Source: Paramecium tetraurelia (lineage: Eukaryota). Taken from it: a DNA stretch of 64,000 nucleotides. Within the stretch, counting starts at the first letter, position 1. Every line of letters begins with the position of its first letter. Of the stretch, positions 39,056 through 54,635 are shown piece by piece. The DNA lies in NCBI GenBank assembly GCA_000165425.1, contig CT868185.1, positions 310,001 through 374,000 on the forward strand. Reading direction: 5' to 3'. The notes beneath the pieces are model-generated. The model was not told the origin of the DNA. It did no database searches and saw only the letters and a list, made by a program, of their open reading frames with translations. A program made the position numbers and the translations under genes.

Positions 39056-40814
39056 TCACTCGTCATCTTTTATTGCTGCCTACTATTTATACGTTGTTGA
39101 ATTTGAGATCATTGATTCTTTATTTGAAAACAACAATACATCTACTTCATTTAGTAATTTTGGCAATTTTAATGATTTAATCACAGTCCTAGGACTCATT
39201 GAGTAATTGGGTATTTCGTATTTAGGACGACTTGCACTTGGAAACACCTTAAAGTCAATTTAACTTCATACTTTATTCATAATACTTATCGCAGTCCCTT
39301 TGTTTGTATCCAACTCAAATAGTCCTGTATTTATGTTCAAAGGTTCACTGTATTTCAAATTTCTCTTCAAAGTATCATAGTTCTTCTTAAAATTATAATG
39401 TGCTTTATTTATGTGACCCTTGCCTTACAGAAATTCATATCCACTGCGTTTTGGCTCATTTCCAACTCTATCTACAGCATTCTTAGCTTTTTTAATCACA
39501 AAATCAGAAATCTTATCGTCCTCTTCTAAGAATGGAATTTCTCTAAATTGAATTGGCGGGGAAAAGGATTTAAGATCCTTTATTATTGAAACACTTTTGG
39601 ACTTTCGAGAATGATTAGTTTGATCAATTTTAATTAATTTTTAGATGGCGTCTCCTTTTTTGAAAAATTATAAAAATCTATCCTTATCCAATGAAAATAC
39701 TTATGCTTTTAAACTTAAACAAACTGCTCTATGTTCTCTTACCACATCCTTAATAACTTCCTCATGACCAAATATTAATCCAGAAGTGATCACTCCTGTT
39801 CTGACTCTTTCGTATTTCTTATCATTTTTCTTAAAAAATCTTTAAATTGTTAAATTATTTTCTGTTACCAAAGTGCCCACTTCTATATTTTAGGATATCT
39901 CTATCTCCCCATTTTTAACAATGTATATTTTGCTAATGACCATATTAATAATATTACTTTGAAGGCTAATTTTCTTTATATATTACATCAAACATTTTAT
40001 AATCTTCAAAAGTAAAATGATAATAAATTTAATTTAACATTTACTCGTTCCATTCTGCAAATGCAGGTACTTTCTATAAAAAAGCAACATTTTATTATTG
40101 GATATACTCATAATATGATGATAATAATTTATTAAATTGTTCTCTAGATACTGTTGCAAAATTTGTATCTTCTGCTGCCACAATCGTAGCCGTTCTTGGT
40201 ACTTATTTAGTTAATGCTATCTCTCCAAAACTATCTCCTGCTTTCATTTGACCTACTTTTTAGAGTGTAGGAAATTGACACTCAATAAATTCTGCGTCTG
40301 TCATCTTTGCATAAACTTCGTCCATAAGTACTTAATTCGTTTCAGTGAAAAAAGTGGCTTACTTTTTGAACTTCTTAGATTTCATCATACTTTGCTAATG
40401 TTTCAATGTCGCCTTTCTTGTATTCTACCTCCTTAGGCTTTCCTCATTCTTTTTCTCTTCTTCTCCTATCTAATTACCATCTTGGAGTCCCTTTTTCTGT
40501 ATCAGAACCCAAGCACTTCCAGAAAGTATTATATAAAACTTCTTTCCAATATCACCTATATTGAACACAACCTATCTAGCCTTAATCGTCTCATGTGATA
40601 GTTGTCGATATAAGTTGCTCACCATCTCTTGACCCATCTGTTACTCTAAATCTTAGAAAAATTTTAATGAGATAAAAGCCTTCCTTGTTATGTCAACCTC
40701 TTAATTCGTTTTTATACTCTAATCTTTTTAGAGAATTTCAATTATCTAATTTAACTGATCTTTATTGCCAAGGTCAATGTCTGACTTTTTAGTTGTTAAT
40801 TACTTTTATTTCAT
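39056..40814 (-). CDS. cyclic-nucleotide-binding (two cNMP domains) protein
   Basis: VVFNIGDIGKKFYIILSG, GDSFGEIAL..VPRTATIVA; second domain IYIVKNGEIEI...SGLIFGHEE. Confidence 0.88.
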
Positions 40815-40872
40815 TATGAATTATAACAATTAATATATGTAAAATTGAATTTATTAATATATATAAAATTAA

Positions 40873-41128
40873 TCACTCGAATGGATTAGTCTTTTAATTC
40901 TCTTAAAATTATTGGCTATATGTATATGGATTATCATACATAGCCCTCTTTTAAGTCTCACTCTCAAAATCTGCAAAGGGATTTTGTTATTGAACTCTAT
41001 TAATTTAAGAGTCAAATTATTAAAATCCTTGGTTTTATTACACACTAGTTCTTTGATTTAATGGCTATGAACTCATAAATGGATTATTATTAATGAAATT
41101 ATTTTAATTTAGTATTTGGCTTTGAGCA

Positions 41129-41170
<42 letters not shown>

Positions 41171-42528
41171 AATTGTTATTAATTAGATCTGATATCACTA
41201 ATCATTTATAATCCTACATCATCAAACATATTTTAATTAGGTGAGAAATTATTAGCAAAATTATTATTCATTCCCTATAGTTGCACTGATTACCTTTGGG
41301 ACATCATTGGATTCATAAATTGTTATTTAGGCATTGTGTTGACTCCAAATCCAGATCCAAAATCAGTTTACTAGTTTACCATTGGATTTATCATTGAATT
41401 TACTTGTTAAGGATTGGTTATCATGGAATGTGCTTGCGTATTCATTTACTATGATTAACCAAAAGGATTAAATTTATTATTCCCCTCCCATTAAGAAGAT
41501 TGTTAAGGAGGTCCTCCTTATTACTATTGTTTCTCTTCTTTCTCAGTAACAGTTTTTTCTTTTTCCTTTTATTCCTTCTATTCCTTCTATTCTTTTTATT
41601 CCTTTTCTTTTTATACTTCTTTTTCTTTTTATTATTCTCTTTCCAATATAGATGACATCTCTTTTTACTCTCTTAATAGATCTATTATAGGTTCTAATTC
41701 TGGATATTTAAACTTATTAAATGCTTTTTAGTTCTTCTTCACAATTGATTTAGCATTCATATATAGATCATAATTAATTACAATAAACTAAGATAAATGA
41801 ATTTTTATACAGAATCGAGACTTTAATTTATCATTCGATAGTAATTTCCTAATAATTTATTCATGTTATTTAAAATTTCTGATATCTTTTACTTATAATT
41901 TGATTCAGAACTTGATAATTTACTTTGATTCTAAATATTTTTAAATTATTTACTCTCCTAATTTTCTCTGACAATTTAAAATCTTCCGGTTATCCTTTTG
42001 AAAGAACATTAGATCTATCCTTCTCTAATTCATCTACTTTTAACTTATAATGATCATAAACTAATCTTATTTCAGAGAAATTTGTAAGCTAGATTTTCAA
42101 GGTCTCTATCGTTTAAAACCATTCGCCATAATTTTTATTCAATTCAGATGCTGGTTCAATCTAATTGTAAAAATAGAAGATACCTTCGAACGGAAAAGTT
42201 CTGAAAGGTTTCCAAACATAGATGTCACTTCAATTCCTATTCTCTTGTTGGTATCTGTTTCCTTCTCAAATAGTTTTTAGGTAATTGAGCTGATTCTTCC
42301 CATGTGTCCATGCATTTCTAAATCAAATTCTTTAGGATACATTAAAATAATGCTGAAATATTGCTAAAAGATTGAGATAATCCCTTAATATATTAATCTA
42401 TCTCATTAATCCTTTGCTTCTTTGATTCCAACTGAGGATCAACAGTAACTTTAGCCCCCCACCATTCTTTAATCTAAAGATTAAGGTATTTTTACTTTCT
42501 ACCCTGTCCTAGATGCAAAACTAGCCAT
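40873..42528 (-). CDS. BAR-domain protein with Q/N/M-rich tail and NPF motifs
   Basis: KIKEWWGAKVTVDPQ; RLVYDHYKLKVDEL...RNQSKLSSSESNY; tail with NPF motifs ending NPFE*; five short introns. Confidence 0.75.
41131..41166 (-). repeat. (TAA)12 microsatellite encoding poly-Gln in the BAR gene
   Basis: TTA repeat on + strand; in frame as TAA codons on the minus strand. Confidence 0.85.
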
Positions 42529-42578
42529 TTAAAAATTATATAATAATTATATATTAAATATATATTTTAGTTAACTAA

Positions 42579-43262
42579 TCAACCTGTTCCAAAATTATGA
42601 GTTTAATTAAATCTAAATTATCATAAATTTCAAATACCTTGAAGATTAACATTAAATCTGTTATAAGTACCATTTCTGATGTTCATTTTGTTCAAACAGT
42701 TTACTATTCTGTTCCTCTAACTACGATATTTTGTAAGATAGTTCATTAAACTCATTCATGAATTCATCCAAACTTTATTAATAATTTAGAGACTATTGTT
42801 CCATTTCCTTGTTAACAGTCTAAATTAATCGACAAGAATTACTTCAATTTATTCCTGAATTACAGTATTTTTTTTAAGTGTCTCAGAAAGGGTGTAACAG
42901 ATGTCTTCCTTTTACTTTTTAATGTTGTTTATAACTTGTTACAACTCCTTATTTGAAGGTTGATTCCCGCAGAAGGATTGTCCTGGAACCCTCACTAAAT
43001 TTTCCTTGTCTGAAACGTATCTGCTTCTCAAATTAGAGGCACTAGAATTGATAACTCTCTTTTGTAGTTTCTCCTCAACTCTTCCAGTATAATTTTATAG
43101 GGATTATTGAGATGGTTCTTGAATGAGAACACTGTGTTCATAGTAACTAATGTTATTGCTTCTAGTGGGGGTACAATCTCCCCTTTATTCGATGCAAATT
43201 GGTTTGAAATTCTGCGGAGTTAATGAAGTTCTACTTTTTGGAACTTGCGCTCTAACGAACAT
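42579..43262 (-). CDS. hypothetical protein with C-terminal coiled coil
   Basis: MFVRAQVPKSRTSLTPQ...; two introns; TGA 42579. Confidence 0.75.
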
Positions 43263-43275
43263 TTATTTAATTATT

Positions 43276-45570
43276 ATGTACACTTAGTTGTAAAATTAAG
43301 GATAATAAAATTCCAATAAGCTAAGGTTTAATTGGAAGATCATATTGATCCTCTTACCATTTGCTTTAGGCTTGGGAATCTACTTTTCAATTACGAGTGG
43401 ATAGCCTAAAAATGACCCTGATTAAACACTAAAAGTTAGGCAACCTCATCAACAAATTCCATATTTCTACATTTCTACCTATGAAGAATGTAAGAAAGAA
43501 CTCACCCTTAGTATTGATAACTATACGACTTCGTTCGAATTGCCAAAGCAATATCCATTTGCATATACTAAATGTGAAAGATCTGAAAGATAAGATTATT
43601 CATATCATTTGTAGGAGTCATTGACAAGTGTGTTTTAACTTAATAAGTAAAATACCCCAATAATTGAAATAATCCAAGTTAACTATTATTTAGAGTTTTC
43701 GGAAGTGCTCTTCAATTTAATTGATCAAAAAATTTTAGGATATGAATTTGCAGAACAAAATAGCCCAGCTTACTTTATAAGAACAAACAACAACATATTT
43801 TATTCATTTGTAATATATACGTCATCAAATGTTGAATCAATTTATCAAAATTCTCTTTTATAAATAAGAGTTTATGGAGGGCGTGTAAATATCAAATTCT
43901 TTCTTTATGACAAACCTGAACAGATTATCAAAGCATATCATTAATTTATAGGTGGTTACAAATTGTTTCCATTTTGGAGTTTGGGGTATCAATATTTTGG
44001 AACTTGGATTGAAGAAAAAGACTTAAAATATTTAGAATCGAAATCCATTCCTCTAGAGATGGTTTGGATTGATGAACAAAAAAATAACTATTTACCTCCA
44101 AATTACAGAAAAATCAAAGTCACTTATCCTACAGTTCAGTTAGACACTGTGGATAAGAAATATTTAATAAAAGAACCTAATAAGGAACCATTTTAAGGAT
44201 GTGTGGATGATGAGCACGTAAATTATATTGACTACAATGTTTAAAATACAATTCAAAAGGAAACTTAATTACATCCTAATTCTGAGTACTCAGGAGCTAT
44301 GCTAAAGTCATTTGTAAATAATGAGATTACTGAAAATGGTAAATGTTAGGGAAGAAATATAGGAATAGATAAGGATGCTTTTCATTTTAGCAATAAACAT
44401 CCTGTTTTATTAGAAAAAAAAGTGACAGAGCAATATTTTAGGCCATTGAACTCATTTGCTCAATCAAAATAATATAGTGAGCATTCTAATAATGTTAAAC
44501 TAATTATGAGTGAATCAGCCTTCTTTGGTTAAGGTTAATTTAGTGGTATAATCTTTGATTCTGTGGACTTAGAATAAACGATAGCTCATTTGATATATAA
44601 TAATTTTTTTGGATTACCATATACAGGGTCATATGGATGTGATTAGGGAAAATCAAATCTAAATTGGTGTGCAAGATGGTTAAGCATTTAAGCATGGATG
44701 CCCTTATTTATGAGTAGAAGCACATCAAAATTTCAGTTTTCTAACCATCCAGATTATTTTGATTAAATTTATTTAGAAGTGAAAGCCAGATAATCATTAA
44801 ATAAATGGATGTTCGCTTAATTCTTAAAGAATTATGATTCGAAAGTAAACGCCTTTACTGGAACAATAATATAACCTATCTGGTGGTTTAATACATCTGA
44901 TACAAGAGCATACTAGTATGAAGATAGGGAATTTATTTTTGGTGAAGTGTTTCTAGTTGCTCCTATAATAGAAGACCCTGAAAATGAATATTCTACAGAA
45001 TATGACATTTATTTTCCATAAGGAGACTTTTGGATGGAAACAAAACAACCAACTTTATTTATGGGAGGGTCTCACGTAGCTTACTTGATCCTTTCAAATA
45101 CATAAACTCCATGTTTTTAAAAAGCTGGGTAATTATTAATTCAAATATGATATAGATCAATAGTTTTCAAATAGGATAGTATAAATCTAAAGATGGATTA
45201 CTTAAATAATATTTATAATTTATATGTTGTGTTTTCAAGATAAGGGACTGATGGAAATGCTGAAGGAATTATGATCACGTTGCAAGACATGAGCGATGAA
45301 AATGTGAAAAAGAAATGCTATGAGAATGGTAATAATTGTTTGATGAAAGTGAAAATGAGATATGTTTATGATTAAAACACTCGTTCTGAACATTATTTTA
45401 TTAGTTGTACAGGAATAAATAAGCATACAGTATTTGAGTAGGTGTAAATTAATACACTTAATCTATTTCACTCAAAATTACAAATGGATAACTAGATTAC
45501 TTTGAAACATCCTATAATTATTAAAGATAGTTTCAAAACTGAATATGATTTATAATAATATATGTATTGA
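43276..45570 (+). CDS. type II membrane GH31 alpha-glucosidase-like protein, catalytic motifs degenerate, interrupted by an IES-like insert
   Basis: TM segment IILILLPFALGLGIYF; YHQFIGG..LFPFWSLGYQY, IPLEMVWID, NFFGLPYTG, CARW..AWMPL, EFIFGEVFLVAPI; single frame with one TGA at 45148-45150. Confidence 0.8.
45134..45162. mobile_element. putative retained 27-bp internal eliminated sequence (IES)
   Basis: TA...TA bounded, ends TATTAAT / TATTGAT (inverted); excision leaving one TA removes the only stop and gives KAGQLVFKQD. Confidence 0.65.
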
Positions 45571-46269
45571 AAACAAATTTGATATTTATCAATAATGATG
45601 ATATAATATAAGTGAAATAAACTCATTGGAACGGTAGATTTGAAATATTTCGAAAGTTTGATTAAATCCCTAGATAAAAGTATCATTTATTAAACAATAA
45701 TGAATATTAGTTAATTGTTGAAAAATGTAATATCAGAATTGAAATTTGTATATGACAAAAGTTCTGTATTTTTCAATTTTAAAAAGTCTATTTTATTTTT
45801 TATCCCATTTTATTAATTTTATACTTACTTTTGGGATCTATAAAGGTTAGAATTATTTAATCTAATCAAAAGACTGGTTTTCATATCAATGAATATAATC
45901 TTAATAGAGTTTAGTAATATTAATTTAAAATTGTATTGATTATTTGATTAGTTTCCAATGATATAATTTTTAAATAGGATTAACAGAGGGGGAAATGATT
46001 GAATTATAAACACTCTTGCTATTAAACTTATGTTCACAAATCTATACTGTTAAAAATAAAATTGGTTAGCCTCTCATCTTCTGCTAAACGATTTAGCTCA
46101 TTTATTCAATTTTCTAAGGGAATATTTATAGCTAAGGTTGTTTAATGCTCTTCTATAAATTGTATATTAGAGCCAGTCTGTTTATTAACATCAAGTAGAT
46201 TTCACTGTTATAGTTATAATCCATTTTCGTAATCAAGTGTTTAATAAATTCATAATTATTACTAATATA

Positions 46270-48543
46270 ATGGAATAACCACCTGAGTCCATATTTGCAT
46301 CAATAGACAATTGTTTTGATCACTCAATTGTCTATTACTTTCGAATTCTTAAATGGAACTTCTTCCTAATGCTCATTTTCGCTATTCTTCATGCTCCATC
46401 ATTGATATTTTGCATTACAGGAAACAGCATTTTCAATTAATTTCAGCTTCAATTAGAAACTTTTACAGTAGCCAACATAGATATTTCAAATGAGACAGCC
46501 TTTCTAATAGGTGTCTTAGGAGACGCTATTGGAACACTTCTCTACTTTTTGTCCTTGCTATATTTACGATACAATGCTATAAATAAGGATTCATAATTTA
46601 AGGTATCTAGCATTTCACCCTGGAGTGTTGAAGTAAGTGGGTTTCCATCAGCTACAATAGATCCTGAAGACCTTCGATCTATTATTTAATCTAATACATA
46701 TGAGATATATTTAGTGCGCAATTTCTAGGGCACTCTTAGTATCATGAAGAACAAGGCATTCAAAGAGAGATAGATCAGATTAGAAAAGAAAAAGTTAGAA
46801 GTATTTTCTAAGAGATTATCATAAGCAGATATGTATGTAAGACAAGACTTCATCAGGGTATTGAGTGATGAATTAAAAGATATCACAAAGGAATTGTCAG
46901 ATAAATTCAATATCTTTTTAGCTCCAGATGATCTAGAATCTATAAAGGCTTTCGTTGTTTTTAAGAGCAAAGTAGATCGCGATCTATTTTATGAGAAATA
47001 TAATTAAGATTGTTTAGTTAGGAATGGAATCTACTTATTCTTAAATCAACCATAAGAATTGAAGCTTAGAGGCTTATATACGATAAAAGTAACAGAAGCT
47101 CCTGATCCTAATGAGATCAAATGGGAGAATATGGATTATTAGGAAAGAAACAATATTCAAATTATTCTAATGCATCTAGTTGTAGCAATAATATTATTAG
47201 CACCTTTGATAGTTTTTGAAAATATGGCTTTGAAGAATGCTAGAAATAATACTGTGAAATGTACGGAGTTTTGTTTGGATAGTGATTTTACAAGAACGGC
47301 TTATTATATAATCACTGGATTTTGGATATTCATAGCAGATATACTAGGATGGGTCTTCTTAGAGTTAATAATCAATAAGGAAAAATAGATCTATTTAGTC
47401 TAAGAATAGAAAATAGTATTGATAAGAATAATTGTCTATATGATATGTTATACATTACTGGTGCCAATTTTAATTTCATGGGAAACCATAGGAAATATTG
47501 TATTAGTAGTTTAAAGTTACACTTCAACAGAAAAATCATTAATTTTTAGTGATGATCTAGATAGAAAATGGATTATTAATCATGGTATGATATTTCTATG
47601 GGTATCCATATTTTTTACTCTGAAATTGATAATCTTGGGAATTGCATCGGGATGTAGATGTCTAACAGGTGGGATCAGAGATTAAGAAGAGTTGTAATTG
47701 GTTGGTTCTTTGTTAACAGATGAAAACGAAGAAGAAAGATAAAAGTTAACTGGTCAATTAAAAACTGCTTCGAATAATAATTAATCTCATTAAACTCTGT
47801 TCTTATTGAATTTAGATGAAAGTGTTAATTACAACGTTCAATCAAGATAAAATTTGGATGCTAAGACAGGAAAATAATTTAGACGTGACTCCCCATTGAT
47901 CAATAGTAATCCCACATTCAAGACTGGACTTAGATATGCCAAATTATTGTTTAGTATATTCCTATCGACAATCATATCAGCAGGACTACCTTTATTGCCT
48001 CTATTGGGTGCTATACAAATAGGGATGCAGTACATCTATGACAAGAATATGTTATTGCGATATCACTCTTATAATGAAAAACAATAGATGAAATTGTAGG
48101 AACAATTAAAATCAGTAGGGATTGTAACATTGAAATTCATTCATTTCTTTCTCATACTCCATTTAATTTTTAGTGTATTGATATATGGGTATCCATATAT
48201 TTACACTCAGAATGGTATGGGGATTTCGTAAAGTTGGAATGATGCTTCAAATAAATTATTATATAAAGTAAGCACAGTCATTCCTCTTACTTTACTGTTA
48301 ATAATTTTAGTGTTGGCTCTGATCATTGATTTGGTATTTTTTGGAATCAAGAACAATTGGAAGATCCAGTCTGATTAAATAGGACAGGATGTACCTTAGA
48401 ACCTTGATGATCATGTGAATGCTTTGAAAGAATAAGGGAGTGCCATATCCTACAATCTAAAGCACCATGATGAATTTAGGGACATCTTGCTTAGTCAAAA
48501 ATAAGAGAGCATAAGAGCCACTCTTAATTAATTCAAACATTGA
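46270..48543 (+). CDS. OSCA/TMEM63 (CSC1-like) membrane channel
   Basis: Span of 758 codons in one frame; YYFRILKW, WSVEVSGFP, KAFVVFKS, EAPDPNEIKWENM, RYAKLL..SAGLPLLP..YIYDKNMLLRY. Confidence 0.85.
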
Positions 48544-48661
48544 TATAATATAGTTTAAATATTGAACTTTGATTTAAAAAGAGTGTTACCATTCTCTCAT
48601 AATCTGAATTTATGAGCTGGTATTTAATGGATGATATTAAATAATTTAAATTATTAAAATA

Positions 48662-50514
<1,853 letters not shown>

Positions 50515-50660
50515 TGTTTCATAAATCCATATTATATAAATTATTATTTAGTTTCTTTATACAAGAATATTTAAAATTATTCATAAATACTAAGATCAAC
50601 TTAATTTAGAAAATAATTGTTCTAATTGAATTGAAATGGCTAAACATAAATAATAAATCA

Positions 50661-53372
50661 TCAAAGTTATAGACAATGTTGTTCTTCAACCCTAAAAAAT
50701 AAGTTAGGCATATTAGTTAGTTCATTAAAATCTTCGTTTATAATTCCTAAATTTGATATTTATCATACCGAATACAAATGGAGGCTTAATTATTAAACCT
50801 TCAGCATTATGAATATCCATCATTTTTGGTCGGTAGGCTGTGCTAAATCTGCCAACTCCCATAATATTATCTTGGACTTAAGCTTTGCAGTTCAAAGTAA
50901 ATTGAGGTATATTTAGATTCTAATCTATAGGAACTTGCATTCCGCATTAGATTAAAATCGATTACACTTTTTGCAAATTTAATTCCTCTTAATCTTTAGA
51001 AAATATTACAAATTCATACATTCAAATACAAAGATACTGGTATTACTTTGATCCGTAGCTATTATATAAACTTTAATATCTCCAGACTCAGACATGAAAA
51101 CCTTTGCATGATCTATATTTGATTCCGGTCGAAAACTATTGTAAATCAATTTGTTATGATTGGCTAATTTAAATTTTGACCATCTATAACATTCTTTGCT
51201 GAAACTACTAATAACTTATTCCTGCAATTGCTGAATATCATTATTATAGGGATTGATTTCATTCAAATGCTCAAAGGATTCATAAATATAGTCGTGAAAT
51301 GCCTATCTAGTTTATTCCTACAACTTGATTCCTTTAAATTGATATGCCTATGCTATAATTAAATTTTTGATACTGATGCAGAAAGAATGTCTTTAATTGA
51401 GTTGATTTGATGATCCTAAAAATCTACTTTTGTATTAAGATTCGTCAAACCACTCAGTGAAAAGAATTAATTCTCATTTTTAGTTTGAGTATTCTCTGTC
51501 GTATAAAAAAGATGCTGAAGAAATATTGGATCATACTATTTAGTGATCTTTAATTCTGCAGGTCTTCTGATTGCTAAAATAAATAACTATAATACCCATA
51601 ACTGTGAATCTTGTTTCTGAATTCACACTTTATACAACTTTCCATTTAAAATTCAACTCTTTTAATTTTGTTGTGATTTCTTTATTTGCCTAAAAACAAT
51701 CATTCTAATTATAATGGTATAATGACATTCTAATTTCTTAACAAGAATCTAAATCCCAAATAAATTATAAAATCATTTTTAGATATTCTTAGAACTATGA
51801 ATATTCTGCTGTAGAAAAATGACTTAACATTAATTTTCTTTCTTATAAAGATGGATCTAAAAAGCACTATCCAAATCCTACTAATTTATTATTTTAATAT
51901 ATTCCTAAGCAAAAGCTCTCCTCTTATGATTAATATTGATGCAGCATTTATGCTATTTCCCCTCTCCAGGACTTTTTAAAATCATCGCTTATATCTTTTA
52001 AATAGTTTTCTACCAAAGTATCATTTAATTAGCATTTTAGTATTTTAATTTCATTTTCATTTTGAGTTGCAACTTAAGTTAAAGACTTAGGAGAGTTAAT
52101 TTTACTACTATCTTTGTTTTTTTAGTCTAAGGAACTATCTTTATTTCTTTTATCAGCACTTTATTAAACAGATGGGATTTATAATTATTATCTACCTTAA
52201 GTCTTTTAAATCTATTCATTTGAAATTTTAATCAATTCCTATTTAAATTGATTTTCCTGTGCTTATTTGGTAGACTATGTGGACTATTTTTATGGGTTGA
52301 TCTTAGATACAGAACCAGATGTTTAATTTGTAAAGTCTGTTGGATCCAACTATTTAATTAGCACCCTCTAAAATTTAATATTTGTATTATACATTTTGAT
52401 TCTAACTTAGATTCGATCTTTTTGGAGGCTTAGTCATCTTAATTTAATCTCTTGAATTCAGTTGATTATAGAATGACTTGTCCTCTTTTTACATCTAAGA
52501 GGCCTCTTCTTAGATTAGTAGTTCGCAATTCTTTATCCTTTTAAGTAGAGGTTTCGATATGAATTATACAATTTTATTTAGATCAGTAGCCGGTCTGGTT
52601 ATGGCAACAAAAAAGGGATCAGATTGCTTTGAAAATTAATAATAGTTTGAAAGTGTGGAATTTTAAATGTATAATACATCTTTTTTCATCTATTGATAAA
52701 TACTTATTTAACCTTGATCAGATAATTCTCCTTATAGTAAGTGTAGGGCAACGAGATGCTCTCTGTGGAATGAATGTTAACCAAAAATTTCATTAGATAC
52801 TACCTCCAACCAATTATTTGTTCTACAACATTAATTGAGAGTATTCTTAAATGAGTGATCAGCTCTGCACTTTTAGATATTAACTGTTCATCTCCAGGAT
52901 TGTTTTCAATTAATTGGATATGTTTTAAGAGTGCACTCAGACATCTTTCTCTAGATTCAACTGCTTGCATGCATTACTGAAGATGAGAATATAATTTTAC
53001 TTGAATATGCGATTTTTTTAATTAGATTTCTTCAATTTCGAATAGAATAGCTTGGTTAATCTTTGGGAGTGTTTTTAGACACATCAAGAAAAGTTATCTA
53101 AAATTGTTTGAAGTTACATTACCTATGAAATTCTGGAATATCGTAATAATTTTAGACCTCAATTAATTTCGCTTATAATTAACTTAATTTAGGTTAAAAT
53201 TTCTCAACTGACTCATTTTTAAGTTACTTTGATACATAAAATCTGTGATTCCAATTTTCTTCCTAATGAATGATTGAATGTATAATACTTTTTTCTTTAA
53301 TTAATTCATCACAATTAAATGTCTAGATTTGGGCTAGACTATGTTATCCTACCTAGACTTTTGATGTTCCAT
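50661..53372 (-). CDS. large hypothetical protein with LRILSINVVEQIIGWR...ENYLIKMKKD domain
   Basis: Frame read at both ends with short introns; low-complexity middle not fully traced; C-terminal IIKPPFVFGII motif. Confidence 0.7.
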
Positions 53373-53519
53373 GAATTATTGATCAAACATCTACTATTAA
53401 TTTTATTAAATAAATAATTATTTATCATAAATTGATTTTATATAACTGTTAATTTTACCCCTTCTAAATATAATTGAACACTCTTCTTTACTTCTTTAAA
53501 AAAACCCAGAAAAAACAAA

Positions 53520-54611
53520 ATGTTTCTGTTGATTATCAAGGTATATTATAGTATGCTACCATACTTATGAAATGATTTACGAATTAAGATTTTATTCTAC
53601 AACAATTTAATTAATTGAGAATGAAGGAAGTGAGTCAATCGCTGAGACTGCAAGGTTTAATGAATATTAGCTGTTGTTAAGCAAAGGATGTCATCGATCT
53701 TAACACAGATGCAATAAGAATCAATTTTATAAAAAGGAAAGACGATAAAAAGAATATGCAGTATACTTTTGGTTGACATTATAAATTTTGAATTGAAACA
53801 GAAGCAGGATCAATAAAATCTCTTATGGCTTACAAATTCATCTCTAAATATATACAAATCCTAGATATCATAATCTATTTTATGATATAATCCAACACTC
53901 ATCTAGTTTTAGGTAGATAATTATGTTAAATTTTTTGGATAGAAGAAAATGATATAATAATACATCATAAATAATGAACAGTTGATGACTTATTAATCTA
54001 TTTTAAGTGGTAAAGTTTGTTTTATGAAGTGCATTAAATCATGAGCAAAAAGTGTGAATAATTTGACAATATATTTATTTCTTAATTTATTAATGTACTA
54101 AATTTATTTGACTTTTCTAAGAGACATTGATGTTGAATTGAAAAAAACAATTGAATCATCAACATAAGTGGTCAACGATCACATTCTACAAAGAACATGT
54201 AAATAATAAGACTTAGAATTTGTTACTAAAGTAAGTCTGTTCAAATCCATTAGAAATTAGAAGATTTCAAATTTCAGGTTGACAAGTACGGAATTTAGGC
54301 CATTGAAAAATTTAGAGAAAATTTAAAAGCTAACATTGAGGGTCCAATATAAGCATAGACACATTTTATTGCAATGAAAAATTAGAGATAAAAAAGCAAA
54401 TCTTATAAGGTTGATGACTTAGAAAGAGTGATTGATAACAGAATCTAAGTAATCTAGTTATCTAATTAAGGAAGCAAGCGAAAAATAGAAATAACAATTA
54501 ATTCATTATTTGGACACATTTGAAGAGGAATTCAAATTTCAAAATTAAGAAATGGCAAATGAATATTAATAAATAGAAAAGGAACTAGAGGAGTTATAAC
54601 TAAAGGATTGA
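53520..54611 (+). pseudogene. decayed gene; coiled-coil 3' half intact
   Basis: From ~54170 an open frame with two canonical introns ends TGA 54609-54611; upstream portion has stops in all frames. Confidence 0.35.
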
Positions 54612-54635
54612 TTTTGTTTTTCTTAAAATATAGTA

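Noticed and set aside
42455..42460. Apparent frameshift at a G6 run in the BAR gene
   Set aside because: Resolved by a 22-nt intron GTAAAAATACCTTAATCTTTAG just upstream, giving QKIKEWWGAK.
45145..45174. Non-canonical AT-AG intron explanation for the GH31 stop
   Set aside because: Lacks GT and yields a motif one residue short; the TA-bounded 27-bp excision fits better, though this is not formally excluded.
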